Assembly: GCA_016699105.1 (NCBI GenBank)
Contig: CP064960.1
Coordinates: 328,727 to 392,726 of the forward strand
DNA from: a bacterium
Lineage (GTDB): Bacteria; Patescibacteriota; Saccharimonadia; UBA4664
Direction of reading: 5' to 3'
Length of the DNA stretch: 64,000 nucleotides
Shown: positions 61,674-64,000 of the stretch, in pieces
Layout: each line of letters opens with the position of its first letter
Numbering within the stretch: the first letter of the stretch is position 1
The notes under the pieces: model-generated
What the model was told of the DNA's origin: nothing
Database searches by the model: none
The model's input: the letters and a program-made list of their open reading frames with translations, nothing else
Made by a program: the position numbers and the translations under genes

Positions 61674-61879
61674 CCTGATTCGGCATCGTTAGCCTTGATA
61701 TCGTTGAGGAGTGTTTCGAGATCACTGAGAGTGGTCATGAGAGCCTGTAATTCGGCTTTGGCTAGCCAGGCATTACCCGGTACCGACGCAAAGTCACGCA
61801 AGGCGTTTTGGCGCATGGCAGCGTCGTCGAGGAGTTCGAGCAGTTTGATGCGCAGGGGATCGGGGGGAGTTTTGGACAT
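61667..61879 (-). CDS. small hypothetical protein
   Basis: 70-aa ORF with no recognisable motifs. Confidence 0.3.
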   Translation of the reverse strand: MSKTPPDPLRIKLLELLDDAAMRQNALRDFASVPGNAWLAKAELQALMTTLSDLETLLNDIKANDAESGY

Positions 61880-61900
61880 GATTTGATCATACCATCTTAG

Positions 61901-62477
61901 GGCTTGATGGCGCGCAAGGCAGTATAGGTTTTGGAGCGGCCCAAGATTTCGTAATTGCCGAAATATTCGGTGAGGTGGCGTTTCATGTAGTCTTTGAGGC
62001 CGGAGATGACGACAATTGCGATTTGACCGCCTGGCTTGAGGTGGTCACGGTATCATACAGGAAAATTTGGAGTAATTCGGTGCCAATTTTGGCCGGCACA
62101 TTAGAGATAACGGCGTCAAATTTAGTGTCGGCTGGTACCTGGCTAAAACCATTAGATAGGTATGCTTTGACATTGGTCAGACCATTGGCCTGGGCGTTTT
62201 TGGCGGCCAGTTCAACGGCAATGAAGTCTTTGTCGACTAAGTGGGCTGTTCCTTGAGGGGCGAGCTTGGCGGCGACCAGACCCAGGGGCCCATACCCGCA
62301 ACCAAGATCGAGAATTGTGGCGGTAGCCGGCAGATCGAGCCGATCTGCTAATAGTTGCGTGCCTTCATCGATGGCCTTGGGACTAAAGACACCCCAGGTA
62401 GAATGAAATACCAACTGGTGTCCATGCAAACGGGCCTCAAATTTGAGGCCCGTTTTGAGTTCGGCGATAGTGGCCAT
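61901..62477 (-). CDS. class I SAM-dependent methyltransferase (small-domain RsmC/RlmG-like), apparent frameshift near 62045
   Basis: 'ILDLGCGYGPLG' motif I, 'ISNVP' motif IV. C-terminus 'HLKPGGQIAIVV...' in another frame. Confidence 0.7.
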
Positions 62478-62535
62478 TACTCGCTTTTGCTAGCTGCCTT
62501 AGGTGCAGGAGCTTTGGCTTTGGTGGCTTTAGGGG

Positions 62536-62951
62536 CTACTTTTTGGCAGCAGCAGTAGATTTAGCGGCTACAGTCTTGGCAGCAGTTTTCTTGGTGGTAG
62601 CTTTTTTGGCAGCGGGCTTTTTGGCAGCAACTTTTTTGGCTGGAGACTTGGTAGTAGCTTTGGCGGCTTTAGCTGGAGCGGCTTCTTCGGTTGAAACCTT
62701 AGCAGCTGCTTGAGCGAGCACGCTCTTCTTGCGAGCAGCGGTGTTTTTGTGAAGGGTGCCTTTTTGACAGCCCGGTCGATTTGCGAATAGGCCATGCTTA
62801 AACTGGAGGTGATATTTTCGGCTTCACCAGTGCTAATAGCAGTATAAAGGGCAGTGATGTCCTGCTTGATGGCGCGCTTCACTTGGAGGTTGCGCGAGCG
62901 GCGGGTAATGGTCTGGCGAGCACGCTTGATAGCGGATTTGATGATGGGCAT
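62536..62951 (-). CDS. rpsT: 30S ribosomal protein S20 with Lys/Ala-rich C-terminal extension, apparent frameshift near 62750
   Basis: 'MPIIKSAIKRARQTITRR' is the S20 N-terminus. A ~45-aa 'AAKVSTEEAAPAKAAKATTKSPAKKVAAKKPAAKKATT...' tail continues in the adjoining frame. Confidence 0.75.
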
Positions 62952-63054
62952 GAGAATTCCTAAAAAGTACCAGTGGACTATAGCTGATTTCTGCCAGATT
63001 GTAAAGGTTTAGTAATCTAGCAGGGTGCAAGATAGGGTGAAGCACAAGCGAAAT

Positions 63055-63083
63055 CTTGACAAAGTAAGCGAAATGGTGTATGC
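63055..63083 (+). promoter_or_regulatory. candidate sigma70 promoter
   Basis: TTGACA-N17-TATGCT upstream of the DHH gene. Confidence 0.4.
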
Positions 63084-63093
63084 TCTACGAACT

Positions 63094-64000
63094 ATGGATT
63101 TAACTCCCAAGCAGCAAACTTCTGAAGCTATCCGCCAAGCGGAAAACATTTTAATTATTACTGGCCAACGTCCGTCAGTTGACCAGACTGTGTCGGTATT
63201 GGCGCTGACGATGATCTTGCGCAAATTTGGTAAGCAAGCGACAGCTGTCGTGACTGACCAACTACCATCTGCAGTGGCACCATTAGCTAATGGTATTATC
63301 GACAAGAATTTGGGGGAGTCCGCGATTTTATTCTCAAGCTCGATACGAGTAAGGCCGAAGTCGACAAATTGCGCTACGAAATGGTGGATGGCAAGCTCAA
63401 CGTCGTCATTACACCCTTCAAAGGCAACTTCGCGCCTAGTGATGTGACTTTTGGCTATGGCGAGTCGGCGGCCGGTGGATACGATGTGATTGTAGTTATC
63501 GGTGTACCGGGCAAAGCGCGTATTGATAAAATTTATGACCAAAATGCCCAACTGTTAGCTCAAGTGCCGGTGATTAATTTCGACTTTCATCGTTCAAACG
63601 AAGGTTACGGTGCCATTAATATGATTGATGGCAACGCTTCGTCTTTGAGCGAAATGCTCATTGCCCTCAGCGAGAGCCTGCAAAGTGGCTTGATTGACGC
63701 TGACATTGCGACACCATTATTGATGGGTATCGTATCGGCAACTGATAGGTTTACGGCTACTCATACTACGTCCAAGAGCTTAACTGTAGCGGCCCAAATG
63801 ATGGCAGCCGGCGCTTCTCAGCCTCAAGTCATCCGGGCTTTATACCGTGGTGGCGATGGCAGTCGCGACGCTGCGCGCGAACCAAACCGAGACAGCAACC
63901 GCCCACCCGCATCACGTGATGGTGGCAATCGTGACCGGACTGAACGCCCAGCACGGGTAGAACGAACAGAACGAACCGAGCGACCAGAACGAACTGAGCA
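63094..64000 (+). CDS. DHH/DHHA1-family phosphoesterase (NrnA-like), frameshifted, partial at window end
   Basis: 'ILIITGQRPSVDQTVSVLAL' DHH N-terminal region; a later region resembles DHHA1. Ends in an Arg/Glu/Pro/Thr-rich repeat tail that runs off the window. Confidence 0.5.

Noticed and set aside
1299-63500. Calling the many split genes pseudogenes
   Set aside because: Breaks hit essential genes (groEL, rpoD, purF, rpsT) and cluster at homopolymers. Sequencing or assembly indels are the more economical explanation, so these are annotated as CDS with frameshift notes.
1-64000. CRISPR arrays, integrases, transposases
   Set aside because: No regularly spaced short direct repeats and no recombinase or transposase-like ORFs were found on either strand.

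Overview
This window is a ~50% GC bacterial chromosomal segment densely packed with housekeeping genes. It carries two short stretches of ~68-70% GC DNA that look foreign, and the second contains three type-III hammerhead ribozyme motifs. The lineage guess, a reduced-genome Gram-positive-type or Patescibacteria-like organism, is inference only.

Housekeeping genes identified: a TsaC/YrdC-HIT fusion, tsaD, an MsbA-like ABC exporter, two FemAB-family paralogs flanking a VapBC pair, xth, a Mur ligase, tyrA, a PDT-only pheA, a DDAH/amidinotransferase-like gene, two phosphohexomutases, a bifunctional PGI/PMI, the groES-groEL operon with its CIRCE operator, a MacB-type ABC pair, an SPFH protein, a K+ channel/DUF350/GspS-like cluster, tRNA-Ser(GGA), msrB, an HhH-GPD glycosylase, dnaG, rpoD, purF, znuACB, polA, fpg, holA, rpsT and the start of an nrnA-like gene.

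The two foreign-looking stretches are:
- 21.5-23.2 kb: a two-gene module with a consensus sigma70 promoter, full AGGAGG ribosome-binding sites and its own terminators, inserted directly after groEL.
- 45.9-52.4 kb: a ~6.5 kb island of small unknown ORFs with strong AGGAGGTGA ribosome-binding sites, organised as three tandem, diverged modules. Each module contains a hammerhead motif, followed ~100 nt downstream by a conserved leader 'CCUGGAGGGGUCAUG' that opens an unrelated small ORF, plus a second conserved ~90-150 nt repeat. Two hammerheads have perfect cores and are embedded in a near-identical ~157 nt structured repeat; the third is a C3U variant. No integrase, transposase, reverse transcriptase or CRISPR array is visible.

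More than 20 otherwise recognisable genes here, including groEL, rpoD, purF, xth and fpg, are split by apparent frameshifts, many at homopolymers. This is most simply read as uncorrected indel errors in the assembly. All ORF boundaries, especially for the small island ORFs, should therefore be treated cautiously.
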